Source: Macrostomum lignano (taxonomy: Eukaryota). From it: DNA of 24,980 nt. The stretch covers positions 1 to 24,980 of the forward strand of contig NIVC01002887.1 in NCBI GenBank assembly GCA_002269645.1. The letters run 5' to 3'. The notes below the pieces were generated by a model, which worked only from the letters and a program-made list of their open reading frames with translations, had not been told where the DNA came from and searched no databases. Made by a program: the position numbers and the translations under genes. How positions within the stretch are numbered: the stretch's first letter is position 1; every line of letters begins with the position of its first letter. Below are positions 1 to 9,006 of the stretch, piece by piece.

Positions 1-286
1 GGTATCTTCTTTGCACAGTGAAAATTCGAAAATAAGAATCACGCGCAAAGCTCGAAAAAGCAGTTCTAAAAGGACTTTCCGGGACAGCAATTCCTTCTGT
101 CACTTTTTGAGGCACTTGAGAGCAAGCATCAACTACTTGAGTCCCAGCTTGACGGATCCTCGTGAACTTCAACAAGACAGAATCAAGAAATAAGAAATTT
201 TCGCGTTTTCAAAAAATACGAACTAAAGCAGTTGCTATGGCTCCTGCTTGTACATAGAAAAAGTTTAATTTTGCTCGTAACGCCAG

Positions 287-453
287 ATCTTCGCGTGTTG
301 TCACTGGCGACGGTCGGGTTGGCAACGGAGCCTGCGAACTGCTTAACCTGCTGGGCTGGAGCGCCTGGCGCCGCAGGACTTTCTGGCCCGCGAGTGGCAG
401 CCGGGCACGCGGGCACGTATACCCAGCTGCCTGCGGACTGGCTGTTCCGCAAG
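287..453 (+). CDS. Internal exon of a stand-alone LKR/saccharopine dehydrogenase-like oxidoreductase (AlaDh/PNT superfamily); frameshifted, and the 5' part of the gene was not identified
   Basis: Stitching frames gives LRV-VVTGDGRVGNGACELLNLLG-LERLAPQDFLAREWQPG-TYTQLPADWLFRK. This has the Rossmann-type TGxGRVxxGA motif and the YTQL segment of SDH-like enzymes. Candidate acceptor cgccag| ends at 286; donor aag|gtctgt starts at 454. About three single-base frame changes are needed. Confidence 0.7.
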
Positions 454-567
454 GTCTGTTTGCTCACAGGTAGCGGCTGCGGATTCCGCCAGTCTCTAGA
501 GCTGATTCCATGCCTCCTGCTAATTCACCTTTATTTAGCTTACTGATTCAGTTTAGGGATTCTACCC

Positions 568-624
<57 letters not shown>

Positions 625-637
625 TTGTCTGTCTGTC

Positions 638-692
<55 letters not shown>

Positions 693-1108
693 TTGTCTGT
701 CTGTCTTTGTCTGTCTGTCTGTCTGTCTGCCTTCGTGTATGTGTGCCTGTCTGTCTTTCTGTCTTACTCTATGCCTGTGTCTGTCTGTCTTAGTGTATGT
801 CTGTCTGCCTTTGCCTGTCTGTTTCTATGTCTGTCTGTCTGTAAGTATATATATCTCTCTCTATCTTCTATTATCCATAATTCTGTCTGTCTACAAAAGC
901 CTCGCATTAAATCAACATATTCTTGTAAATCCGGACATTTAGCCAGCGCACAATTGGCTGATTGCGTGACTACTCAAATCGTCCTGGATATTGTTTCTCT
1001 GAGTCACTGTCAACCCCGGCTCCGGGCTATAGCGGAGGAAAACTGGAAACAATCGTAAAAATGCACGAATTTCAGTACATCGAAATCTGCCCTGCACCCA
1101 TCCGCAAG
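454..1108 (+). other. Predicted GT-AG intron containing a (TCTG)n microsatellite
   Basis: GT at 454-455 and AG at 1107-1108 (ccgcaag|ggc) join LFRK to GPEAGWSVEFFSDPTGY in phase 0. The acceptor is AAG rather than YAG, so the exact 3' boundary is uncertain. Confidence 0.55.
567..893. repeat. (TCTG)n microsatellite, near-perfect to ~730 and degenerate afterwards
   Basis: Directly visible tetranucleotide run; it explains ORFs 510..1058 and 625..942. Confidence 0.97.
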
Positions 1109-1649
1109 GGCCCCGAGGCCGGCTGGAGCGTGGAGTTTTTCTCCGACCCAACCGGCTACCACAGCGTCATTTGGCCGTTCGCCACCAGGGCCAACGTGCT
1201 GATCAACGGCATCTTTTGGGACCACCGCTGCGCCCCGCTGCTCACGCTGAGGACATGCGCCGCCGACTTCGGCATCCAACTTGTCGGCGACATCACCTGC
1301 GACATCGCCCCGGTGGCCTCGCTGCCGTCACTTTACGAGCCACCACGTGGACGACCCATCTTCACCTTCGACCAGCAGCGGTTGCGAGCTGCCCTCCGAC
1401 AATCGAAATATCGACAAAGCCTACGTCGACGTGATGTCGGTTGACAATCTGCCGATCGAACTGCCGCGCGATTCGTCCAGCACCTTCGGCGAGCTCCTCC
1501 TGCCTGCGCCGGGTGGTGCCCGAGATGCTGCTGCCGCACGTGGCCCCGGCGGCTGGCAGCCGCGTGCTTCAAGATGCCACCATCGCCGAAACGGCAAGCT
1601 GACCTCCGCCTATGCCTATCTGCAGGACTATGCCGACGGCGAATGCTGA
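1109..1649 (+). CDS. Last exon of the LKR/saccharopine dehydrogenase-like gene; multiply frameshifted (assembly indels or pseudogene)
   Basis: Stitched translation: EFFSDPTGYHSVIWPFATRANVLINGIFWDHRCAPLLT...IQLVGDITCDIA-PGG..TLRATT-VDDP-IFTFD...VDVMSVDNLPIELPRDSSSTFGELLL..VVPEMLL...SRVLQDATIAE-NGKLTSAYAYLQDYADGEC*. Contains the GIxW, DIxCD, VDNLP.ELP.D and NGKLT..Y.YL motifs of the LKR/SDH-like fold. Stop TGA at 1647-1649. Confidence 0.8.
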
Positions 1650-1816
1650 TTGGGCGGGGTCAGCCGTTTGTGCGAGCCTGGTTTGAGCATGGTTGGGGAA
1701 CTCAATTCAAAATCAATAGGACTTTGCCATTGATGGCTTGTTAATTAATTATGAAAAAATAGTTATCTGAATCTTTGCGTGGGGAGCCTTTAAGTATTTT
1801 AGGGGGGGGTTTAGTG

Positions 1817-1965
1817 TCTCATGGTGAGATTACATTATCTCAGAGGGAGAGTTAAGTATCTCAAGGTGAGATTACATTATCCAGAGGGAGATTTCAACAG
1901 TATCGCATAGTGAGATTACATTATCTTGAGAGAGATTCAAGCATCTCAATGAGATTTTCATGTCC
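1817..1965. repeat. Degenerate 42-44 bp tandem repeat, about 3.5 copies
   Basis: gtgagattacattatc at 1824, 1866 and 1910, and a decayed copy at ~1950. Confidence 0.8.
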
Positions 1966-2430
1966 TAGAGTCAGATTGTAGTATTTCGAAGTCTCACCTT
2001 GCAGTGCAGATCATTTTTGCTTCTCTATATCTGGCGGGTGTTGCGCCCCAGTCTCAGGTTGCCCAATCGATTGTTTCGTGTTTCCCTTGCATGCCTTTTG
2101 ATTTTTCCGAAGTGCAGTGTTAGCTTTTTGCCCCTCGTCAATATGGACGTAGCAGGTTTAGGTTCGGTTTTTGATTGAGCCATGACTAGCACTATATATA
2201 TTCAGCTGTTTTGATTAAGGTGTTTCTTCTTGGGTGTCTCTTTAATCTGAGTAGTCTTGTTTGTTTGCTAAGTATTTTCAAAGTATTCACTTTTTAACAA
2301 ACTGACTGTTCGTTTTTTGCGCAAGTCTTTGTTCGTGTTGTCTTTAGTTCGATCCACACAGTATAAGCGCTTAGCAACGTTCGATTTGCTTCTGTTTACT
2401 GCCCGATTCTCTGACTGCACTGTGACTTAC

Positions 2431-2776
2431 CTTTTCTTAGAAATATAAGAATCGAATAGACTTCCTAGAAACTACCAGAATCGAGCTGGTTTTCCTAGAA
2501 CCTACCAAAAAGTGAACTGGTTTTCCTAGAAACTACCAGAAGTAAACTGGGTTTCCTAGAAGCTACCAGAATTAAACAGGTTTTCCTAGAAACTACCAGA
2601 AATGAATTAGTTTTCCTAGAAACTACCAGAGTTAAACTTGTTTTCCTAGAAACTACCAAAAATTGAGCGCTTTTCCTAGAAACTACCAGAAGGGAACTAC
2701 TTGTTCTAAAAACTACCAGGATTTAACTTGTTTTTCTAGAAACTAACAATCGAGCTGTTTTTCATAAGAAACTACC
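2431..2776. repeat. 30-bp minisatellite, ~12 units, with conserved core TTTTCCTAGAAACTACCAGA and a variable 10-nt linker
   Basis: TTCCTAGAA at 2462, 2492, 2523, 2553, 2583, 2613, 2643 and 2673, with degenerate units at both edges. Confidence 0.95.
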
Positions 2777-3339
2777 GTCGTTTTTTAATCGCGTTATCGA
2801 CAACAAAACAAATAACAATCCATGCAATTTGCTAATAGAAATATTTTTAACTGCTTTCTATGACAACACGGCACTAGGTCGGCCTGCTCTTTTTTTTCTC
2901 CTAGCAATAACCCTGCAGCTTTCGCATTGATCTGCCCTTCTGTTAACACGATTAGCACCTCTTGCTTAATTTTAATCCCCCAAAGTTACAAAAAATCTTT
3001 TCTTTATTCGGTTGAATTCAGTTTTCTGGGCCACTTCACTTCATTTCGCAGTGCACAGGTTGTTCAAGTGTTCTCCAGCTTGTGCCTGCTGGCAATTATT
3101 GAAATGCCCATTTATTTCAGTGGAATAATTTTATTTGTCGGTATTCGACATCAATAATAATTATATATTATTGCGATTCTAATTTTCGCCATCTGCTGTC
3201 TGGGTGCATTGCGCTGCACCTGCACTGCATCTCGGAAACTGCTTGGTTTCTCTTTAAATTTCTACTCATTCTCTGTGGGCACTGCTCTGTTATTTCTCAT
3301 TGTGGTGGGCAGATATTTTGTCTCATTGCAGTCTCTATA

Positions 3340-4050
3340 TCCACTCCCTTCTCATGTGATCTCTGCTCTCTCCATTTCCATTGTGATCTCTGCTCTCTCC
3401 ACTTCCATCTCATCTCTTCTCTGCTCTCTCCACTTCCATCTCATCTCTCTCTCTCTCATCTCATCTCTGCTCTCTCCACTTCCATCTCATCTCTTCTCTG
3501 CTCTCTCCACTCCCATCTCTTCTCTGCTCTCTCCACTCCCATCTCATCTCTGCTCTCTCCACTCCCATCTCATCTCATCTCTGCTCTCTCCACTCCATCT
3601 CATCTTCTCTGCTCTCTCCACTTCCATCTCATCTCTTCTCTGCTCTCTCCACTTCCATCTCATCTCTTCTCTGCTCTCTCCACTCCCATCTCATCTCATC
3701 TCTGCTCTCTCCACTTCCATCTCATCTCTTCTCTGCTCTCTCCACTCCCATCTCATCTTTGCTTAGCTCTCTCCACTCATCTCATCTCATCTCTGCTCTC
3801 TCCACTTCCATCATCTCTTCTCTGCTCTCTCCACTCCCATCTCATCTTTGCTCAGCTCTCTCCACTTCCATCTCATCTCTTCTCTGCTCTCTCCACTCCC
3901 ATCTCTTCTCTGCTCAGCTCTCTTCACTCCCATCTCTTCTCTGCTCTCTCCACTCCCATCTTATCTCTGCTCTCTCCACTCCCATCTCATCTCTGGTCTC
4001 TCCACTGGTCTCATCATCTATGCTATCCACCCGCATTAAATCTTCTCTCA
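3340..4050. repeat. Pyrimidine-rich (CT-rich) degenerate minisatellite, unit ~25-29 bp (ctctgctctctccacttccatctcat)
   Basis: Directly visible; it explains the S/L/H-rich ORFs 3209..3766, 3759..4094 and 3848..4039. Confidence 0.95.
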
Positions 4051-5032
4051 TCTACTCTGTTTTCACACATGTCCCTTTTCATCCCTTCATTTAATCTTAT
4101 CAACTTTATCTTTGTTATTTTCCTGAAACTTCTGAAACTTATATACCTGATTTCTTTTTCTGTAAAGCCCAAGCCGTGACTCAGCCAGTCGGAAATATTT
4201 TTGTCTTGCACTGTCGAGTGTCAGTGCAAGGTTGAACTTTAGCCTCACTGCATGGGCTGGCTGGCTGGCTTTGGCATTTACGTAGTAGGTACGAACTTTA
4301 TTCTAATTGCACGAAGGCCTGCGGGACAGAAATATATTTTTAGCACTGCTGCACGCTTTGCTTGCGCGCGCGCGCAACACTTTGACCTTCACGCGTCTGC
4401 TTCGGAAACGTAATTCAAAACACGGTGCTGCTGGAGGTGCACATATGTAAGCTACATGAAGTTATACAGTACATGCAAACCTTAATTTTGACGCACTAAA
4501 TGTGCGATTATGCAGTTTTTATTGCATAGTAAGTTGGAAAGTTGTAAATGTGTTTATGATGTGGGTTGTCAGAAACAGGTGACGACACTCATTTACAGTG
4601 CGAACTACACTCCTACAGTATGACAAAAGTTACCCAACAGATTTCAGGTTGGAAAATTAACATTTTACAGTGCGTGTAAGATCAAAGTTTCAGAAACAGA
4701 CTGCATGGTCTCTTACTCTCTACATGTAGCTCGAAGTGTACGCCAGCTGAGGCTTGGAAACAATTTTGCCTCTACTGCTAGAAAAAATCCAGCTCAATGG
4801 CTAGGTCTGCTGAGAGTGGAAAGGAGGGATCATGATCATAGATATGAGAGATTGGAATCGGCATTAGAGAAAAGAAAAGATGACAACGCAATTTGTTATA
4901 TTGCGCGTTGGGGTTATTTAGCGCTGGGGCAAACGAGGTAGTACGGAAATGTCTATGGGTGAACTAAAGCGATTGGAATGTAGAATAAGAAAGAATTAGA
5001 ATAAATGAATGCTTTGGTGCTGCTACAATTAG

Positions 5033-5338
5033 CATTAACTGCCCGCTAATTTTGTCCCTCTTTGTCAAGGACAAATGTCTATGGCACAATATAGTAATAC
5101 CCATGCCTTAAGGGCGTTAAAGGGAAAATCAGAGGGCGCCGTTAATGTACTATTAAAGAAGCTTAAAGTATTAAAGTCCTGCAAGCGGGCTTAAATGTAG
5201 TGGGCACGCTAAGTGCCCACACATACATATGTAAGTGCCCAGCGGCACCCGCTGGGCACTTATTCTTGCCTTAATGCCATAGACTACAATTAAGCCCGCT
5301 TGCAGGAAAGAAATATCAAAATTAGCGGGCAGTTAATG
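5033..5338. mobile_element. Nested-palindrome element (non-autonomous, MITE- or Crypton-like)
   Basis: Perfect 22-bp inverted repeat at 5033-5054/5317-5338, inner 18-bp inverted repeat at 5177-5194/5290-5307, and hairpins at 5200-5220 (8-bp stem) and 5232-5262 (14-bp perfect stem). A ~35-bp direct repeat lies at ~5053 and ~5413. Confidence 0.6.
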
Positions 5339-5449
5339 ACATTTTAACGCCCGATTGTCTATGTCAAACTTACTTTAGTGCAAATTTACATTTAACGCCC
5401 GATCGATTATTCTGTCCCACTTTGTCAAGGACACAAATGTCTATGGCAC

Positions 5450-6568
5450 CACATTTTTTCACCACCACACCTTTTCACCTTCAATTTTGATCAAAGTCCA
5501 GTTCTAAAAAACTAGCGGAAATTCATGAATTCAGACAATTTAGACTGGGGCCCAGTCTAACCCCAGTTCAAAACATTCTAACCGAAGTAAGGTTTAGCCA
5601 TAGACAAAATTATCCTCAGTCTGAATTGAAGTTCCGCTAGTCTTTAGAACTGGACTTTGATCAAAATTGAACGTGAAAAGGTGTATTACCGCCCCATATA
5701 ACGGGTGTCCCAAAAAAGGGTAACACTTTGTGCGCTCACTGTGAGTGAGCGTTAGGCAGCTATAGCACAGTAATTTAACAGGTCCACAGTAAACATTTGT
5801 AAGTTTTTCCCACAAACACATTGCTGAGTTAAGCTTGAAAAAGCTTTGCATCACAGAGGCGAGTTTCAAATGTTTATTTGCATTTTTTGAGCTTGTAAGT
5901 GTACGCTAGCTTTTCTGCCAAGCTTTGCCATACACAGCTGCCATAGACAATATTTTGCTTTAAAAAATCTTAAGGAGCATAGACTCAGACGGTGTGGTCA
6001 AATACCAGTTTATTTGAAAAATCGTTATTGATTTTTTGAGCTTGTAAGTGTACGCTAGCTTTTCTGCCAAGCTTTGCCATACACAGCTGCCATAGACAAT
6101 ATTTTGCTTTAAAAAATCTTAAGGAGCATAGACTCAGACGGTGTGGTCAAATACCAGTTTATTTGAAAAATCGTTATTGATTTTTTGAGCTTGTAAGTGT
6201 ACGCTAGCTTCTCTGCTAAGCTTTGCCATAGACGGAGGCATGGACAATCTTTTGCGTAAGAAAAATGACAGAGCATGCATAGACTCTGAGACTGATCTAA
6301 CGTTAAAATTTCTTAAACGTTAAGATTGCAGTCTATGGCAGCTGTGTATGGCAAAGCTTGGCAGAAAAGCTAGCGTACACTTCTGTGCTCAATAACTCGC
6401 CTCTGGAGCAATTTTTCGCAACCAAATGTTTGTGGGAAAAACTTACAAATGTTTACTGTGGACCTGTTAAATTACTGTGCTATAGGCCTAGCTGCTCACT
6501 CACAGTGAGCGCACAAAGTGTTACCCTTTTTTGGGACACCCGTATAGCTAGTGGTGATTGGTGAAAAA
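5450..6568. mobile_element. Older palindromic element interrupted by the 5702-6542 MITE
   Basis: Inverted arms at 5468-5520 and 5632-5683 (caccttttcac.ttcaattttgatcaaagtccagttctaaa...). The outermost left-arm sequence acattttttcaccaccac (~5450-5468) finds its partner only after the insertion, at ~6550-6568 (gtggtgattggtgaaaaatgt). There is a central hairpin at 5541-5559. Confidence 0.6.
5702..6542. mobile_element. TA-flanked MITE with long terminal inverted repeats (Tc1/mariner-like termini)
   Basis: Termini cgggtgtcccaaaaaagggtaacactttgtgcgctcactgtgagtgagc and its exact reverse complement; arms pair for ~120 bp. The ends are flanked by tata(a) and tata. Internal inverted pair at 5892-5948/6331-6382, and an internal ~149-bp tandem unit present ~2.4 times (5880-6235). 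Confidence 0.8.
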
Positions 6569-7390
6569 TGTATTTCGTCTTCTATTTGGCCGTATACAAT
6601 ACAGAAGCTGGCTAACTTTCTATGGTATACAGTATGGACTGCACTTTGGAAAGCAAGCCCAGACTTTGGATTTATTATGCAGAAAGGCGAACCCAGCTAG
6701 CAGTCTACGTAGCTATAGACAATTACATGTATTAACTGCATTTGGGCGCATGTACAGAAGTATGTAGCTGTTTTAGGCTCGCGCGTCTTAGTTTGGTATG
6801 CATTTAAGTTTTATTTCAGCGAGACCGATCGTAAACAACGCATGCATATTCCGTGATCGACTGGATCAATATTTTTGGAAGTTGAGATCAAAAAACTTTT
6901 TGCTCGCATACCGCGGCCCTATGGTCGTTGCATTTGACAATTAGAAACTATAATTTTAACCATACATTTTGAGAAGAACCGCGAAGCATTTGTTCTGCAT
7001 AGTTATTTTATAGCCCTTGAAATGACAAATTATACTGGAGCTACATGTAACTTCCTGCTATAAACATGTACTACATTTTACATCTGACATACTATACAAT
7101 AGCTCCTAATCCCAATTTTTTCTTGATGTCTACGTCACAACGTAATGTATATAAAATAAGTAAAATAATTGCTGTACTTCACAAAGCTACAATTGTGTAC
7201 GACTAGAGTAAATTGGCAAACTAATCTTTAATCGAGTTTATTACGATATCCACATGCTTCTTGGAAGATCTAAAAAATAAAGCCTCGTATTACGTACAGC
7301 ATAGTGTAGCGAGCAACTCTAGCTGGTTGTTGCGAGTGTTAGTTAGCCACTCAAAAAGGTGAAGAAATAGAATGTGGCTGTGCCTGTATG

Positions 7391-7396
7391 TTTATT
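7391..7396 (-). terminator. Candidate AATAAA polyadenylation signal of the SID-1-like gene
   Basis: tttatt on the plus strand, ~240 nt downstream of the stop codon; supported by position only. Confidence 0.35.
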
Positions 7397-7635
7397 GTCT
7401 GGTAGAACACAGATTTCCGGTTCATTGAGTGCGCGTTGGGATGTGCTCGAGCAGAGGGAAGTGGATAGGCTGGGTGGGGGTCACGGAGTGCAAACTAGGT
7501 GCCCGAACTGCCTGCCTGCGCATGCTACATATAGTAGCTATTGTCAAGGAAGTGAAAACCGGTCCTTGCTTTATACTGACACTGACAGTACATGCTTGGG
7601 AGAACGCCATATATGCACTTCACATTATCAGCGAG

Positions 7636-9006
7636 TCAGAAAACCTCCAGCCTATAGCGCGGCACATCGGCCACATCATCGTCCAGGGTGAGCAGGAACA
7701 GGAAGCTGAAGAAGATGGCCGCGGAGCTGGCAAAGTGCCATAGATCGTGCGCGTCAAAGAAGCCCAGAGCCGCGCAGGGCCGGTTGCGCGCCGAGCGGGA
7801 CTGCGCGGGCGACAGCTTCCAGTCTGTCGGCGACAGCGAGAACTGCCACAGCGCCACGCCCCAGGCCGCCAGCGCCACCGTCAGGCAGAAAGTCGACGCC
7901 GACGCTGCGGCGATGGTTGATCCCACCGAGCGGTGCACCTCGCAACGCGGAGTTCGAGCCCAGGACTGCAGCTTCTTAGCCAGGTAGTAGGCCAAGTAGC
8001 AGGCGGTGTTGGTGAGCAGGCAGGCCAGCAGCAGCAGGCTGTAGGAGGCCGACATCACCGGGGCGGAGCCTCGACCAGCAAAGTAGGCGGCGGCGAAGAC
8101 GGCTGCCGACTCGGAGAGCCAGATGCAGCCGTAGGCGACTTCAGCTGGGCTGACGCTGCCGCGGCAGCTGCGCAGCCGGGCGCACCGGACGGCCACAACG
8201 GCAACTGGCGGCGTCAGCAGCAGCAGGCCGGTGGCGGCGAAGACCGCGGCTCGAATCGCGGGCTCAGAATTGACGGACGAGCCGAGCGAGTTCAGCAGCA
8301 GCAGGCCGGCGATGGCCAAGCAGCCCCAGTGCGCCGGCGGCCGCAGTCCGGGACGCCGTTTCGCCAGCACCAGCAGCGCCAGCAGCGACGCCAGCACCAG
8401 CATGAAGGCGGTGTCGAATTGGAAGCTGGCGGCGCTGGGGCACAGGTGGTAGCCAGCCGACAGCAAGCCCTCAACGCACATGCACAGTCCGGAGGCAAAG
8501 TGCAGGCCGTGGCTGTGCGGTACGCCGAACTTGCCGCCGCTGTCAACCGCTAATTGTCGCCGTCTCGCTAACCGGCGCGCCTTCATTGAGCGCCGGTGCA
8601 CCAGAGTGCAAATTAGAAAAGTGACACCAAGAATTGCGTAGCCAATGTTGGAGAACACGCTGTTGGAGGCGTAGATCACGTGGCCCAGCACCGTGACAGG
8701 CAGCAGGCAGGCGAAGTTGTAGTAGCAGAGGTCCTGGTCGCCGGACTCGTGCAGCAGCCGTTGGCTGGACATCACCAGCTGCAGAGCCGGCAGGCAGAAG
8801 AAGACCGCTGCCACCGCGGCGTGGACGCAGTACCGAGTCTGCCGACGGCCGTCTGCCGCGTCCACCGCGTCGCTGATGACGTCTTCGAGGCTGACAACGC
8901 CATCCGGCAGTGGCCGACAGGTGCAGAGCTGGCTCTGGTCGACTGTGTCCACTGGCGTGTCGCGTACTGGTGATCCGAGTTCGTAGTTGGCTTCTGGTGA
9001 TGTTCT
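7636..9006 (-). CDS. sid-1: SID-1/SIDT family transmembrane protein, exon 2 (multi-pass membrane domain)
   Basis: Uninterrupted ORF with SIDT signatures: FFCLPALQLV, GDQDLCYYNFAC, NSVFSNIGYAILG, GLCMCVEGLLSAGYHLCPSAASFQFDTAFM, W..SPAQSR..NRPC..LGFFDAHDLWHFASS, and the C-terminal LLTLDDDV...R..L.VF*. Phase-0 acceptor ccttcaag|aga at 9007/9006. Confidence 0.93.
   Translation of the reverse strand, partial: RTSPEANYELGSPVRDTPVDTVDQSQLCTCRPLPDGVVSLEDVISDAVDAADGRRQTRYCVHAAVAAVFFCLPALQLVMSSQRLLHESGDQDLCYYNFACLLPVTVLGHVIYASNSVFSNIGYAILGVTFLICTLVHRRSMKARRLARRRQLAVDSGGKFGVPHSHGLHFASGLCMCVEGLLSAGYHLCPSAASFQFDTAFMLVLASLLALLVLAKRRPGLRPPAHWGCLAIAGLLLLNSLGSSVNSEPAIRAAVFAATGLLLLTPPVAVVAVRCARLRSCRGSVSPAEVAYGCIWLSESAAVFAAAYFAGRGSAPVMSASYSLLLLACLLTNTACYLAYYLAKKLQSWARTPRCEVHRSVGSTIAAASASTFCLTVALAAWGVALWQFSLSPTDWKLSPAQSRSARNRPCAALGFFDAHDLWHFASSAAIFFSFLFLLTLDDDVADVPRYRLEVF

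Noticed and set aside
11-193. ORF 11..193 as an upstream exon of the LKR-like gene
   Set aside because: No recognisable AlaDh/PNT N-terminal motif and no convincing donor site.
510-1058. ORFs 510..1058 and 625..942
   Set aside because: Translations of the (TCTG)n microsatellite.
2523-2730. Possible coding decapeptide repeat (FLETTRxKLV)
   Set aside because: There are in-frame stops (tga, taa) within the array and no start or splice support.
2431-2776. CRISPR-like repeat-spacer appearance
   Set aside because: The linkers are only ~10 nt and share a consensus, there are no cas genes, and the context is eukaryotic.
3209-4094. Ser/Leu/His-rich ORFs
   Set aside because: Artefacts of the CT-rich repeat.
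4362-4377. ttgcgcgcgcgcgcaa perfect palindrome (possible Z-DNA)
   Set aside because: Too short and isolated to support a functional claim.
5594-6564. Two similar ORFs (CLWEKLTNVYCGPVKLLCY) on opposite strands
   Set aside because: They are simply the two TIRs of the MITE read in mirror image.
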